A DNA stretch of 64,000 nt from Callorhinchus milii (lineage: Eukaryota): positions 92,382,001 through 92,446,000 of the forward strand of contig NW_024704742.1 in NCBI RefSeq assembly GCF_018977255.1, written 5' to 3'. The translations under genes and the position numbers were made by a program. This document shows, in pieces, positions 38,867 through 51,904 of this stretch. Below the pieces are notes generated by a model. It was not told the DNA's origin and made no database searches. It was given only the letters and a program-made list of their open reading frames with translations. Positions within the stretch are counted from its first letter, which is position 1, and every line of letters begins with the position of its first letter.

Positions 38867-41800
38867 GGTGTGTCTTAATAAATAACAATAGTAATCCTCG
38901 CATTTCATATCGCGCCTTATCACGTCTCAAAGCGCTTCACAGGATACGCTGTAAAGTAGATTGACCGTATGTATGTGTATATATACACATGTATATATAT
39001 ATATAGTTTTTTTCGGGTTTGGGGACGAAATCTCACTCCCGCGTCTCCGCTCTGTCCTCCTTATTCTTCTTTTGGCTCCGCTCTGTTTTGGTATTTGCAA
39101 CAATCAGCTCGAGATGCAATAAATGTTTTACCTTCCCTCCCCCCCCCTCCCTTTCTTTGAGGTTGCACACTCGCAAAAAGTGCGGTTGTTTTCTCCCCCC
39201 CACCCCCAAAAAGCTTCAACAGTTTGTTATAATAATACTAATCTTTGCATTTGGCATCACGTCGGGAAGACGTCTCAAAGCGCTTCACAGGATTTTAATG
39301 TGAAGTAGAGTGACTATTTGTGGGTGAATGGGGCAGCCAATTTGTGCACAGCAATGTCCCACAAGCTGAAATGACTCCAATCAGCAGAAGCTTAGAAAAA
39401 TACTTAAGCTTCATAGCATCTACCAGAACACGTATAATGCAGTGAAAAAGAACAGAAGTTTAAATCTCTAATTTTTTAAAAAAAACTTGTTTTAATTTTG
39501 TGTATCAGAGAACATATTTTCTCTCTTGAGAAGCGACTAATTGGATTACTCTATTACATCTTACTGAAGTGGGTAATTCAGTTCTTTGCAAATATGTTCC
39601 TCTTTTAAAAAAACAAAATGGACATGAATATAATTTTCATGATCTAACGAAGCATTGCATGCACATAAAAGCTGAAAACAGTAAGTCAAAAGTGTGCTCC
39701 CTCACCATGCTCCCCCAATATCTGCTTTAAAAAAACAAATAATAAACAGAACTCCCATGAGGTCATTGCAAACTGCATTATTTTAGTGTTGTGAATGACC
39801 CTTCATAAACTGAGTTTTTCACGCTCACGAAAGAGTCACCATGGTGGAAATTCATCTGTCCCCAGAACTCTATTCCTTCCATTGAATGCCCACAGCAGTT
39901 CGGGAAGGGGATGTAGGAGGAAACAGGCAGTTAACACAACCTTTTATCACCAGTGAAGGTTTGCATGTAGTGTAGTCGGTTCTTGTGGAAAACTCCTCCA
40001 TTTAGCATGCATAAAAATGTTTTACAACCTATTTAAATACACTGTGGTCCTTTCTATTCAAGGATTTTTCCAAGATTAGATTTAATGTTAGTTCACAGTT
40101 TCAGCTGTGTGCTATATTAACAAGCCACCTTTCTTACTATGTCACTATTATTTTGTGTATTTCTTTACATAACATTAGTGTGCGGTTAATTTCAAATAAA
40201 ATAAAATTTCAAATAAAATAAAATGACCAATGTTGAGTTGCAAAATGTTGCTTGTATATATTTCAATTTTAGCAGCAAAGTTTTTTTTTGATTTCTGTAA
40301 ACCTAAATAAAGTGCACATTTTTGAATAATTGCTATTTTTCAATGGATGAACACAAAACTTTTGTAATTTCAGCTGAAAAGTTACCATTGGGAAGGAAAG
40401 GGTTTAAGCGAAAGGGTATACTGTATTCTCAAGGTTGCCGATTACAGTGAACAGCTCCTGCATTTCTGCAGACATCAGTTGGTGCAGGCTGCTTGAGGTG
40501 TTTGGAAGTAGGTCATATTGGTTATGTTGTTAAATTCTAGACCTTAAACAAATGCAGGTAGGAAGCCCACTCTGATAGTTCTACAAATTAATAAAGTGGG
40601 AATGCTTAACTTCACAGAAATGGCACTAAGCATCCTCTTATACTCTCCATTATATTGTATAAACACTATAGTTTATTCATGTTCATTAAGCCTACCCTTC
40701 AGCGACATTGCCTGCCATCAATCTGTTTGTCTCAGCTAAGTTAATGAATGTTTCAGGCAAAGTAATGTATTAGGTTGATATCTGCAGGGTGCAAAAATGT
40801 TACAATTAAAGCACCAGCTAATTGTAAAAGTTCTACATTGTTATAATATTACCAATCATCTTTGTGAAGCTTAGAAGGGTTTGTGGATTTGTTATGACCC
40901 CAACCAACCAAGGTCTACTACTGTATTGCAATGAATGCTTCTTACACCATGAACAATCTAATTCGAATTTGAAAATTGTAAACTCTTTTGAGATGGAAAT
41001 ATTATAATACTCCATTGAAAAAAGTGGAGTTTGTTTTTGGTACTGATTATTTGAAAGAATGCTCCAATGAAGTCACGCAGTTGGGTAGTTTCATACACTT
41101 ACCAGTCTAAGCTGTTAAAACATGAGATAAACTCTCTTAAGAGTTTAAATCAGTAAATAATTTTACCTTGTGTGAATTGAAGGATTTTTTTTCCCTCCTC
41201 AAATATTGGCACCATGTGCTTCCATGAGAGAGTTGCATTGGTCGTGATAGTTATGTGGGCCTGTTAGTCCTTGCCAAAAGAGAATGTGTGAGATAAGTAG
41301 CCACAATGATTTTTTAAAAAGTTCTACCCAGAACCTCATGGTGCTGAGACCCAGGACTGCTGTTAGATGAAACAAGTTGCTTCAATGGGTGAGTTCAATC
41401 ACTTCTCAGTGGGAATGTGAGTTTGAATGCTGCATAGAAGTAAGGCATTACATTTTATGGAGAAGTAAAATGTACGTAATTCTTGCTTCGATGGTGCTTC
41501 CAGTCATTTGATTATGGCGTGCCATTGACAGCATTCACCAAGCCCTTGGCCAGACTGTGCCTTGCTCCCAGCTAGAAGAGGGAGCAGGTGGTGAGTGGGC
41601 TGGGATGAGAAAAAAAAAGAATTAATATGCCAAAAAGCCCCCCAATGTTTATAAAGTGGAAAGGATTGTCTTGATATTATTAAGCACACCTTCAAATAGA
41701 CTATCCTTAGCTTGGATCTGCAACAGAATTCAATATTCATTGACAATTGATTCAATTAACTTTAACAGAGTTCTGATTGGCAGACGTGAAAGCGGTGATG

Positions 41801-43898
41801 TGATTGTGTTAATGTAGTTTGTATATATTTGTGTTAAAAATTTAGAAACCTATTTGAATGCCTTTCTTTAAAATATACATTGTTTTGCAGGAGTTTCTTT
41901 TCATTGTAAGTGTCCTATTGATCATTTTTTAAAAAAAGAAACTCGTGCACATCTTGAATCATTTGAATTGGATTTTCAGTAATTTTTTAAAAAAATATTT
42001 AAATGTAAAGAACATAAGGTAAACCTTTTCACTATAGCTGTTTGTGTATGGTTTGCTGGAGGCAAAATGTCTTGTGTTTGGATATGATATTGGTTTAATA
42101 TATTTTAAAATTCCAGATGACTAAAAATTATAAAAATTAAAATATTTTAATTTGTCTGCTGCTTACTTTTTTTTACACACTCAAATAAAGATTGAATTTG
42201 TGCTACAATTTGTTTTGTTTAAAAAAAACACAATAAAATAGATGGTGGTGTGTACAAATGGGATTGTTTCTTGTATAGTAAGTAGCTTTAGGAGCAGAAC
42301 ACTGGGCTCCTTCCAAATATAAATATTTTCCATTTTCCAGTTCTCAGTTTGCCATTATTGGGCATATGTAGCTGGACCTCTGCACAACAGCCAAGCTAGC
42401 AGGACCATCCGTACCATTGGTTGATAGATGGCTTTAGCAGCATGAGTGATGATAGCAGTAGATACAGCATAATCCAAAATCAGCCTGTCCTACATGTTAT
42501 GGTGAGAATGCAGTGGCAGCAATAAGAATCTAAAAGATTATAAAAGGGGACGGGGGAATGAGTATGCAGATCTTCATTTTGATTCTTTAGAAATGTAAGT
42601 GAGAATTGGACGAGGTAGATAGGTGAAATGGCCTGAAATTGTTAATCTATATAAACAGAAACGTACATTTAAAATCACAGGTAGCTTGTTACTTTTCATT
42701 TTTCAAATAAACATCTAAATTATTTTAGTTCTCTTAACGGACTTGCTCAAATTAAATATTAAATTAACAAGCTTGCGATTAGGCTTATGTCTTCTGCATG
42801 AAGTAGTAGATATGTTAAAAATGCAGTACTCCCAAACTAAGGAGGTTAATACTGTGTTGATTAACCTTCATAAAAGAGCTGGATAAATGATTAAGAATGG
42901 GTTTGAGAGTTACAGAGAAAGGTGAAGATTGTGTTGATTGAATGGTGCAATGTACTGTGGTTTTTGAGCTTTTGGGGTCTTGGAAATGTCATGCCAATAA
43001 ATGGAGTTGAGGAATGACCGACAACAGGATCCACTGTTTGTCATAGATTGGTACTGGCATCAGGCAGCTCTAGGATTGTCAACAGTGATTATTTAAAAAA
43101 AAAATTAGGGAGAGAAGAATGTGCCCAGACTGAAACTGATAATGCAGGATGAGCAATATGGAATATTTTCACATTAAATTAGTTGGGTAAAATTCACGAT
43201 TCAGGAGGTTTTACCTGGTTATGACAGGAAAAAGTTTGATGTGCCGATTGGTCTTTTCTTACTCCATGCTTTCAGTGTTCTTATTCGAGACAGGAACCAT
43301 ATTGCAGATACCTGCATTTCGCCCACATATGTACAGTTAATTCACTTTACAGTATATTCTGTGAAGCGCTTTGAGACGTCTAGAAGATGTGATAAGGGCT
43401 ATATCAAATGCAAGGATTATTATTATTATTATATTATTATTTGGGGCACAGATCAGTTAGAAGGCCTCTTGATTTTTTAAAAATCCGCTTGGGTTCCATG
43501 GCAGCAAATTTAAGGCATACATTAGCAGTGCCACTTTTACTGTGGCACCTGCTACATTTTTTTAAATAAACCAAAATATAGGTAAAATTGTGAAACTGCA
43601 ATTTTTTCACTCTTGCTGCTTTTATTATTTGAAGCTCTAACCGTAGCCATCCTGTGAGATTTGGGGAAACAAAATACTGGCAGGGGTCAATTAGAGTAAT
43701 GTCTAGATCACCAGGACCTCTGTTTATCAGAAGAAAGATGCCTTCAACAGTGCAGTATCCTCTCAGCATTGAAATATGTAGACGTAAGCCCTAGTCCCCT
43801 AGGTCTGACCTAGAGCGGAGAGCACTAGCAGATGATGTCATCTGTGTGATGTTCTCAGTGCCAACACACTGCTGGCACGGTTCCCACTGAAGATTGTA

Positions 43899-43989
43899 CA
43901 GTGGAACCTCGATTTCTCCAACATAATGGAGGGGACATCCCCTCCCCCAGAGGATAGTTTAAATTGGTGGGATAATTGAGCTACCATTG
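43899..43989. mobile_element. Tigger/pogo-like miniature element
   Basis: TA-CAGTGGAACCTCGATT...AATTGAGCTACCATTG-TA; 12/16 TIR match and TA TSD. Confidence 0.6.
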
Positions 43990-44714
43990 TACTTTAAATT
44001 CCTGGTTTGATTCACAGCCTTTATTCAATTTCTTTGTCACGATACGGCTGCTGTATCAATGCCGGTACATTAGTGGTTTTGTTTCTGGTGCAATCCCTTG
44101 GCGTCTAGTTTTTTTGAGATTCTTGAAGGTTCTGAACAATAGTAGTCTGCATTTCCTGAACAATAATTTCTGCAGCCTCTAGCAGGTTAAGACACTAGTA
44201 GGTTAAGCCTTAGTCCACCTGCTGCTGGCACTAAGGATGCCTCTCCTTCTGTCTTGATGGTGGTTCTGGTCTGGTGTTAGAGCTCTGAGTAGTAATGCCA
44301 TCACTGCCAGCTATCTCACAACTAGCTCTGGCCTTGGCGGTCAGCCTGCTGCCTGGGTCTAGGCAGAACCACAGCTCCAAGGATCCCCATGCACACTTGG
44401 AGAAATAAAGAAAGAATAGAGTAAGGTTCAAGAATGTTCCTGTCAAATCTATGGAACTGCCTCTCCCTCCACTTATCTCTGTACATTGTAACAGTGGTTT
44501 GAACTTCAGCACCACAGACTTTCTACCTTGTTGATAATCTAGGTGCCAATAGTGTAACAACTTGCACGTGCATAGCAACAACAACAACTTGCATTTATAT
44601 AGCGCCCTTCACACTAGACGGCGTCTCAGAACACTCAGATTCGAGTCAAGTAAGATGAACATTTCAAAAGTGTTCCACAACAATGACACAAATCACCTAT
44701 TAGGAAGGAAAGGA

Positions 44715-45575
44715 CGGGGATTTAGAGGTTTATTTTTGGTCTGACAGATGAGGAAACCCATCCCCATGCTTAAGAGTATCCAAACCAAACTGAGTGTTCC
44801 ATGCATCCCACCTATACATGGCAATTACAGAGATGTTTATTGGAATGGAATGTGACCTCTCCCCATGGATGGATTCACCCTTCTTGCCTAATTCCAGAGA
44901 GCATTAGGTACAGGTTGGCAAGAGCCTAGGCTTGGGGACCCTAGAATTTGTGTTGGGGTACTGCTGGGGTCTAATCAACTAAAACTGTTTGCTATTGAGA
45001 GAACTGTCTGGAAAGCTTTCCCACTGTTTGTCCAGTTTGGACCGCCCTACCGGTTAATAGGAGCTGAGTGGGAAGAGTCTCTGCCCCCAGTGACTGATCT
45101 GCCCTTCCAAGTCCTGCTGATGAGCCAGGCTGGTTATGCTGTCAACAGCAGTGCCTGAAATACTGCAGACCCGTCTGGCTCAGGAACTGGACTACCGAGA
45201 TCGTCACAGAGAGCTGGCTTGATTCCGACATTCTGCCACCAAAGCGTCACCTTTGAACCAGTTCAGCTCCAAGAAGACCCCCTTACCTCGCTCCCAAGGA
45301 AGATAGTCATTAGTTGGTTATTTGCATCTGACAAATGTGGGTTTGAGCCACTAGGTGGATGGTAGATACCAGCAACTCCCTGCAAGCTTCCTGGTGGGCA
45401 ACACAGGTTAGCATGAAATGCTTCAGACCATTGTCACCATCTTCCTGTCCGCAGCTCGGGCACATGTCCATTCCCATTGAGTGATGGTTCCACCAGTTGG
45501 AGATGCGGAGTTTAAGCCGCAGCTGCTTGCCTTTCTGTAAACCAGTCGAGGTGGATTCCGGGCACTGTTGACCAA
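44715..45575 (-). mobile_element. RTE-X-like non-LTR retrotransposon 3' end (CCHC knuckle plus ~600-bp 3' UTR)
   Basis: ORF 45310..45660 contains QLRLKLR...CPSCGQEDGDNGLKHFMLTCVAHQEACRELL; the downstream region recurs in five other places. Confidence 0.65.
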
Positions 45576-45859
45576 AAGTACAATAAATTAAGAGAGATGT
45601 TTTTAAGAGAAAGCACAAAATGAGATTTTGGAAGAGTTCTAGAGAGTAGGGCGTAATCATTGAAGCAAAATGTTCTGACCAAGAGTACTGAATGCAAGGG
45701 GTTTAGCCAAGGACATGGGCATGAAAATGATGAAGCGAAAGGTCATCCCACCCAGGCGGGTAAGATTTGAAAAGTACAGTATCTGACTTATAAATTAGGG
45801 TTAGGATTCAGCTGAGACAATGCATTGTTTGTGCGCCTTGTGTTTTTTGTTTTGTGTTG

Positions 45860-46401
45860 GGTGTTAAAAATTGATGAAAATCGCAGGTCCTCCATTCGGG
45901 ATTCTTCCTTCAGCGGGACTCGGCGTCCAGGGAGTATTTATTTGCAGATCTGATTCCGAAACGTGCATATGGCTGTTCAGCAGAGGCTGGAAGGGAAAGG
46001 GGAAGGAAAGGAAGGAAGGAAGGAATGAATGCTCCTTTAACTCTGTCTGTGTGTGTGTGTGTGTGTGTGCTGTGTGTGTGGTGTGGGTGGGTGTGTTATG
46101 CTGGGTGGCCAGTGGTGGCAGTAGTGAGTGCGGCTGAGTCCCCATTCCACCCATGGTTCTGTCTCGCTCTGAGCCCTGGTGCTGCTGGAGCTGCTGCTGG
46201 AGGAGCTGCTGGAGCTGCTGCTGGAGAGCTCTTGGCGCGGCGAGAACTTGGCGTCTGGTCACATTTTGCCGACAGACCGACTCCCTCGAGAGAGAGAGAG
46301 AGAGAGAGAGAGTAGGACCGTCAAAGAACTGACTGACTTCTTTTCCGCCTCTGCTACAAAATTCATCTCAAGTCACCTCTCATCAAACACTTGCAAAAGA
46401 A
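45860..46401 (+). promoter_or_regulatory. ANP32B promoter/5' UTR region with (GT)n, CTG/GAG-rich and (GA)n repeats
   Basis: CpG-containing, directly upstream of the ATG; TSS cannot be placed from sequence. Confidence 0.5.
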
Positions 46402-46455
46402 ATGGATATGAAAAAGAGAATCCATTTGGAGCTTCGGAACAGGACGCCGACTGAT
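46402..46455 (+). CDS. ANP32B: ANP32 family coding exon 1 (MDMKKRIHLELRNRTPTD), probably ANP32B
   Basis: 18 codons then |gtaagc donor, the known ANP32 exon-1 layout; RIHLELRNRTP motif; paralog call rests on head-to-head position with HEMGN; exon 2 not found in window. Confidence 0.85.
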
Positions 46456-46638
46456 GTAAGCCCTCCCCCCCCCCCCCCCCCACTAATTTTTTTGCAACTA
46501 AGAATTGTGTGTGTGTTGTGAGTTTTGTTGGTGTTACTTTTTTTTGGGGGGGGGTGGGAGGGGAGGGGGTGAATTGAAAGTAAGTCACGAATGACCCTTT
46601 GGTCACTGCATGCTTTAGCTTATTTTTTTTGCAGGGGG

Positions 46639-46671
<33 letters not shown>

Positions 46672-47499
46672 TTCAGACAGGAGTTTGTAAGAGGGAGGGG
46701 GTTAATATTTTTTTAATAGTGTTTCTAGTTGTAAAAAGCGACTGGTTTGGTGAGGCAGTGGTTAGGCAGAGTTACTGTTGTGTTGCAATTTAACTATTTG
46801 AAAGCTGGGTGTTGAGGAGGAGAATAAAGGGGAACTTTCTTGCTGTAGGGGGAGGCGTATCTTTCATCTCAGGACGTGGAGGATGATGAAGAGATGGTTT
46901 TTCTCCTGGAAAATTTTTTTTTTTGCAAAAAAAAAGACTCTGGAAGCCATATTTGTAACCTAAGCGTCCTTTTAAAGACAAAACGAGTGGGGTTTGTCAT
47001 CTCGCCGGAGCTTTCCAATTTCAGTGGCTGTGTTTTTTTGGGGGAAAAAAAAGTTCTTAAAAAATGACCAATTCCACCCTCCATCCAACCCCCCCCCCAA
47101 AAAAAATATATATATACACACATAAGACTCGCCGCTGTTGAGAGAGGTTTCCTCGCGGATCCAGACTACGGTACCACCCCGTTTATCGGAGCAGGAATTG
47201 GGAACACGTTGCCTCAGTATTTGGGGGACATTTGTAATAAATAAGAGCGGTGGATATTAAAACAATCGTGTTATTTGGAGCTGCACATGGAGGGGGGAGG
47301 GATTGCCGGGGATGTTTTGTTTGACTCCCCCCACACCCCCCCCCCCCACACCCCCGCTTTCCCTCCTTCACTTTTTATTCATAATCTCGCTTGAAGTGGC
47401 TTTTGAATTAAATCCAAGTGTCTTCGTACAGTTCCCAAACGCTGTCATAACCATAACCATCTGAAAAGTGGCTTGTTCGGTAAACTTTTTTTTGGAGGG

Positions 47500-48700
47500 G
47501 GTGGGGGGGGGGGGAGGGGGTTTGGGGGAGGGAAGAGGATCATTCTGTGCATTGTTTCCTCTCCGCCGTAGGAGAAGACGGCGGGTCGTCGCTTCCCGCC
47601 ACATAAGCTTTTCAATTTCCTCCGTCTTATTTATTTGTTCAGCTTTTTCTTCACTAAATGCGACTCCCAGGGCCGCCCGTGTGTGTGTGTGTGTGTGAGG
47701 GAGTGAGGGGGGGGGGCGCTTTCTCTATTAACCGCGCTCCCAGGCTTGCGTGAAAGGGGGGGGGGAGAGAGGGGGGCATTTTGGTCCTAATGTGTGTTGG
47801 GGGGTGAGGGGTTGGCGGAAAAAAAAGCGAAGAGAAAGAGAGAGAGAGAGGGAGACTCGGTTCGGTGAGGAGTGACCTGACTCGGATCCCTCCAGCCACG
47901 CTTCAGCGCACTCGCGCAGTTCGCCATGTTGGTGGCACGTTTTTCGAGGCAACATTTTCTCCCCTTTTACTTTTTGTAATCCTCTCTCTCTCTCTCCACC
48001 CTCCTCCCTCTTGAATATACATATTTAATTTTATTTGTCAAATAATTATTATATACATACATATATATATCATATGTGACAAAAGCAACGAGCACATTAG
48101 GCTGGACGGCCGGGAACGGTCAACTTTTAATCTCGTCACGCTATGAGTCCAAACGGTTGACAAATGTAATTAATTTATTTGTATTTGTGTGTGTGTGTGT
48201 GTGTCCGTGGCCGCGCTGTGCAGGCGGTGTTTACTCGCTGGCGCTGGCGGCTGTCCTCCCGCGGCTGTTGCAGGCGCTGCCGCGCGCTCGGGGCGCCTTC
48301 CCGGCGGGTGGAACGCGGGATCCGGGGGCTCCCGGCGCCGCGTTCCAACCGCTCATTGTTCCCCGAACGCGGCATTGTCCGTCCTCACCGCCTCGCCCTC
48401 CCTCCCCGCGCGCGCCGCCGCCGCCCGGGCCGCGTTCCGAAATGGAATCCGGCGGCGGCCGCCGCCCGGGCCGCGTTCTCTCCGTGCGCGTGTGCGCGGT
48501 GTGTGTGTGTGTGTGTGTGAGTCTCCACGCGCTGTCCTTTGCTCAAGACGAGGGAAGAGGAGAAAGAAGACGTCAGGCGACGGTCATTTCTCTCTCTCTC
48601 TCTCTCTCCCCCCAACCCCCCAACCCCCCCCTCGCACACTTCGTTTCGCTCCCTTTCCGATGAGGTGCCCGGACACCACGCAAACTGTGCAACTGCTACC
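47500..48700. promoter_or_regulatory. CpG island in ANP32B intron 1
   Basis: Very GC/CpG-rich core at 48200-48500, with G-runs and (GT)n/(CT)n tracts. Confidence 0.8.
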
Positions 48701-50539
48701 TCTTGCAATCTGTGACAGCTGTTTGTTTCGAAATAAAATGCCTTTTTTTGGGAAAAAAAATCTTAGCGGTTTCAATACTGTCAAATACCAACAAAACAGG
48801 GGGTGGGGAAGGAGGAAGAGATTTGGGGAATTAATGCATCAGCTCTTTCCAGCCACCAGTGAGTGGACCAAATTGCACCATTTTGAAGCTTCTTTGCAAA
48901 TAAACTTGATGCTTATCACATATTTCAATTTATTTTACATTACATCTTGAAAGTCATTGTTTTTAGTAAAGCTTCTCTTTTTGAATTTGCGATTATTCTC
49001 ATCAGATGGAGAGAAAAAAAACAACTCATCTAATTGGAAATGGTGCGTTATTTAAATTATATATTTTTGAAAAATGCTTTTAATTGTTACCTCTACTGGG
49101 TAATTTTAATTTTTAGCAAGATTAAATCTTGCAGTCTACCGAAAATGTTTGTAGCACAAGTCTTGATGGTTATTTGAGAAAAATCACTCCTTTTCATGGC
49201 CAATAAAGCCAGTAATGTTTTTCGCAATGTAAATCATGATCCATTAGAACGCATTTGTCATGTGAAGAAGCTTGAAGCAAACATTCATGATTAAACTGGC
49301 ACATGGAGGTCTACTTTGCTGAAAAATCAGTTAGTGTGACATCTGCTGTTCAGTATAATCTGACCAAATTGGTGGTATGGTAAACCAGATGCACTTGTGG
49401 ACTTGATTTTACAGTGGGCCTGATTGGGGGGGGAGGGGGTGTAGCCCGACTGATAGAACTTTGCAGAGGGATGGACACCACATCGCCCCCCCCCAGCAAG
49501 ATCATTTTCTAACCACACTTTCCCTCCATCGTGTAGTGCAGCTGTTTCATTCTGCTTTCCATCACTGCTGCAATTAATTTGTTTTTTTTAAAAAAATTGC
49601 CCGCGAGACTATGCTATGTAATTGGGCAGGACTGCTAATTATCTTTGTATATTCCAATGCTGAGCCATCATTATACCTACCACTGACTCAGTCTGAATGG
49701 TGCACTGCTTTTACCATGTAACCAACTGGGTTTCCAAAATTAGTACATTGGTAGCAGTTTTATCCCTGGCTGTCGAAATGTTTTGAAGCTTAAGACCGAT
49801 CTTAACAGCAAACAGAAGTTTTTGCCATCTACTGTACTTAAAATTGATTTATGGCTTCATATTTTTATTTTCTAATGATAATTGTATTTTGCCAAAGTTG
49901 AGAAAGTATTCCACGACGATTCTCTAGTGGGTAGTTGTTTTGTATCCACACTATTTAATTCCACTTTCCTTATATTACAACATAAACCTGTGTGTTGATA
50001 CAGGACAAAGAGGACATTGACAGGTGATCTGTTTTCAGACCTCTTAACAATATAACTCTTATCATTCGTTCATTTAAAAGTGAAGTTGTGCTCTGTGTGT
50101 GTGTGTATCTTGCTTTTTCAGTGTATTTCAGCAATTTTGTACATTTAATGGTATTATTACTGGGGATGACATTTTCAGGTGCTGGTATGAATTCATATGG
50201 TGCCAGTCTGCGGTGGACTGAGGATGCAGGCAAGATCTTGCAAGAGAGCTTGATGGGTTATGCACTTGGGTTGATCGCTGGTGAATGCAGTTGAATATTG
50301 CCAAATACAGAGCACTGTGAATAGGAAGTAAATAGGAGGTATTTGTACTCTATGGATGAACGGAACTTGCTAAGGGCGAGTTAAAATAGACCTAGATATG
50401 AGATGGCAGTAAAATGGGAAAGTTTCCCCAGAAGTCATGCTCAAGTTGTACATTACTCCATGAGATTGTACCTGGAGTGCTTTGTACAATTCTGATGGTT
50501 GAGACATTAAGGGATTGTTCAGGCCTTCAAGGTAGAATG

Positions 50540-50995
50540 ACAATAACAAGTTGCGTTTATATAGCGACCCTCATGCAGGGTAGCTTCCCAGAGCACTTGA
50601 CTGGTGGAACACGATGCGAGCCAGGGGGAGGTGATCATAGGCACGGTCGAAGAGGAAGGTCTTCAGGCATGTTATAAAGATGGAGAAGAAAGAGACAAAG
50701 TGGAGGTATAGTGGAAAAGTGTTCCAGAGTTTGGGGGTGTAGTGGCTGAAAGCATGGTCACCGATGGTGGAACAGAGGGCATGAGGGACATGCAGAAGGC
50801 CGGAGCCATTTGAGCGGAGGCAGCTGGTAGTGGGTTGGGAAGTAAGCAGGTTGGAGAGGTGGGGATATGGAGTTTAGCACGGGTGAATATGCGGGTGGTG
50901 AGATTTTGGATCAGCTGGATTTTGTGGATGGTGGAGCTGGGGAGATCAGCGAGTATGGCATTTGAATAGACGAGGTGGGAGGTGATGAACACGAC
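50540..50995 (-). mobile_element. L2 LINE fragment
   Basis: FITSHLVYSNAILADLP...IQLIQN peptide; tail. Confidence 0.85.
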
Positions 50996-51339
50996 TGTCG
51001 ATGATAAAGAAGAGCATTGAAGCTGATCCTCAGGTCTAGAGGATTGATCAGTGAGGAAATGGCTAGTTAAACTAAGGCAGTAACCTCAGAGATGTCGCGG
51101 GGGAGAGAATCTTGCAATAGTGTACAAGGTGTTCAACTGGACAGATAAGTAAATCAGAATGGTAAAGTAAATAGGGATGGTACTTTCAGGTACATCAAAG
51201 CCAACAAGGTACAGATTAAGCATTCCGAAGAGCAATTTTTGGGATGAAACCTGTGTTTGTTAGATATCAAATGACCAACTAGTGATTATCCTCGTTGGGT
51301 GTTGGAGGAGACGTAAACGGGTCTCCGTGGAGCTGTTGG

Positions 51340-51890
51340 GCTCCAGGGTGATGTACTGGGTAATGGAATATCTGAATCGAGTCAGTCCTCTGTGGTGGTC
51401 TTAGTAGGCCCCCTCTTGAGCCAGACGGGTCCGTAGCACTCCAGGGCCCTGCTGATCGCAGATCAGTTCAGTCTGGCTTATCGGCAGGATGGGGGCAGGG
51501 ATTCTCCTCACTCAGCTCCTGGTAAAACTGCAAACCAAAGCCTTAACTGGTCTGGTGAAGCTTTCCAAATAGTGCTTTCAACGGCATGCTATATGGGTTT
51601 ACCTGGTTAAACTTCAGCAGTACCCTCCACTCCACCCAAATATTCGCTCTGGGTTCTCTCAAGCTTTGCCTCTTGCCAACCTGCGCCTAATACTCTATGG
51701 AATTAGGTAGGCAGGGTGCATCTCTTCAAAGGGAAAGTGCACATTTCATTCCAGACACAGGGAAATTACCATGTGTAGCTGGCACACATGGAACTCCAAG
51801 TGTGGTTTGGATATTGTTAAGAATGGTGATAGTTTCCCCATGTCTTAGACATCTGTCTGACCAAAAACAATCATCTAAACCTCTTTTAAT
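51340..51890 (+). mobile_element. RTE-X-like 3' UTR copy
   Basis: Homologous to the reverse complement of 44715-45250, including the end ...ctgtctgaccaaaaa..ctaaa. Confidence 0.65.
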
Positions 51891-51904
51891 TGAATACTGT
51901 ATAT

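Noticed and set aside
38260..38964. Long ORFs of 175-234 aa (SLSL/RERE)
   Set aside because: Translations of a microsatellite beside an N gap
45117..45170. CTGATGA...GAAA hammerhead-like spacing in the RTE-X-like UTR
   Set aside because: No consistent stems II/III, and GAAA is not kept in the other copies
45728..45786. Box C (ATGATGA) and box D (CTGA) pair
   Set aside because: No terminal stem, not intronic, no recognisable rRNA guide; likely chance
45864..46262. Minus-strand poly-Q-like ORF
   Set aside because: Antisense reading of the CTG/GAG and (GT)n repeats upstream of ANP32B
48076..48950. Overlapping 195-253 aa ORFs
   Set aside because: Stop-poor CpG island and dinucleotide repeats in intron 1; no recognisable domain
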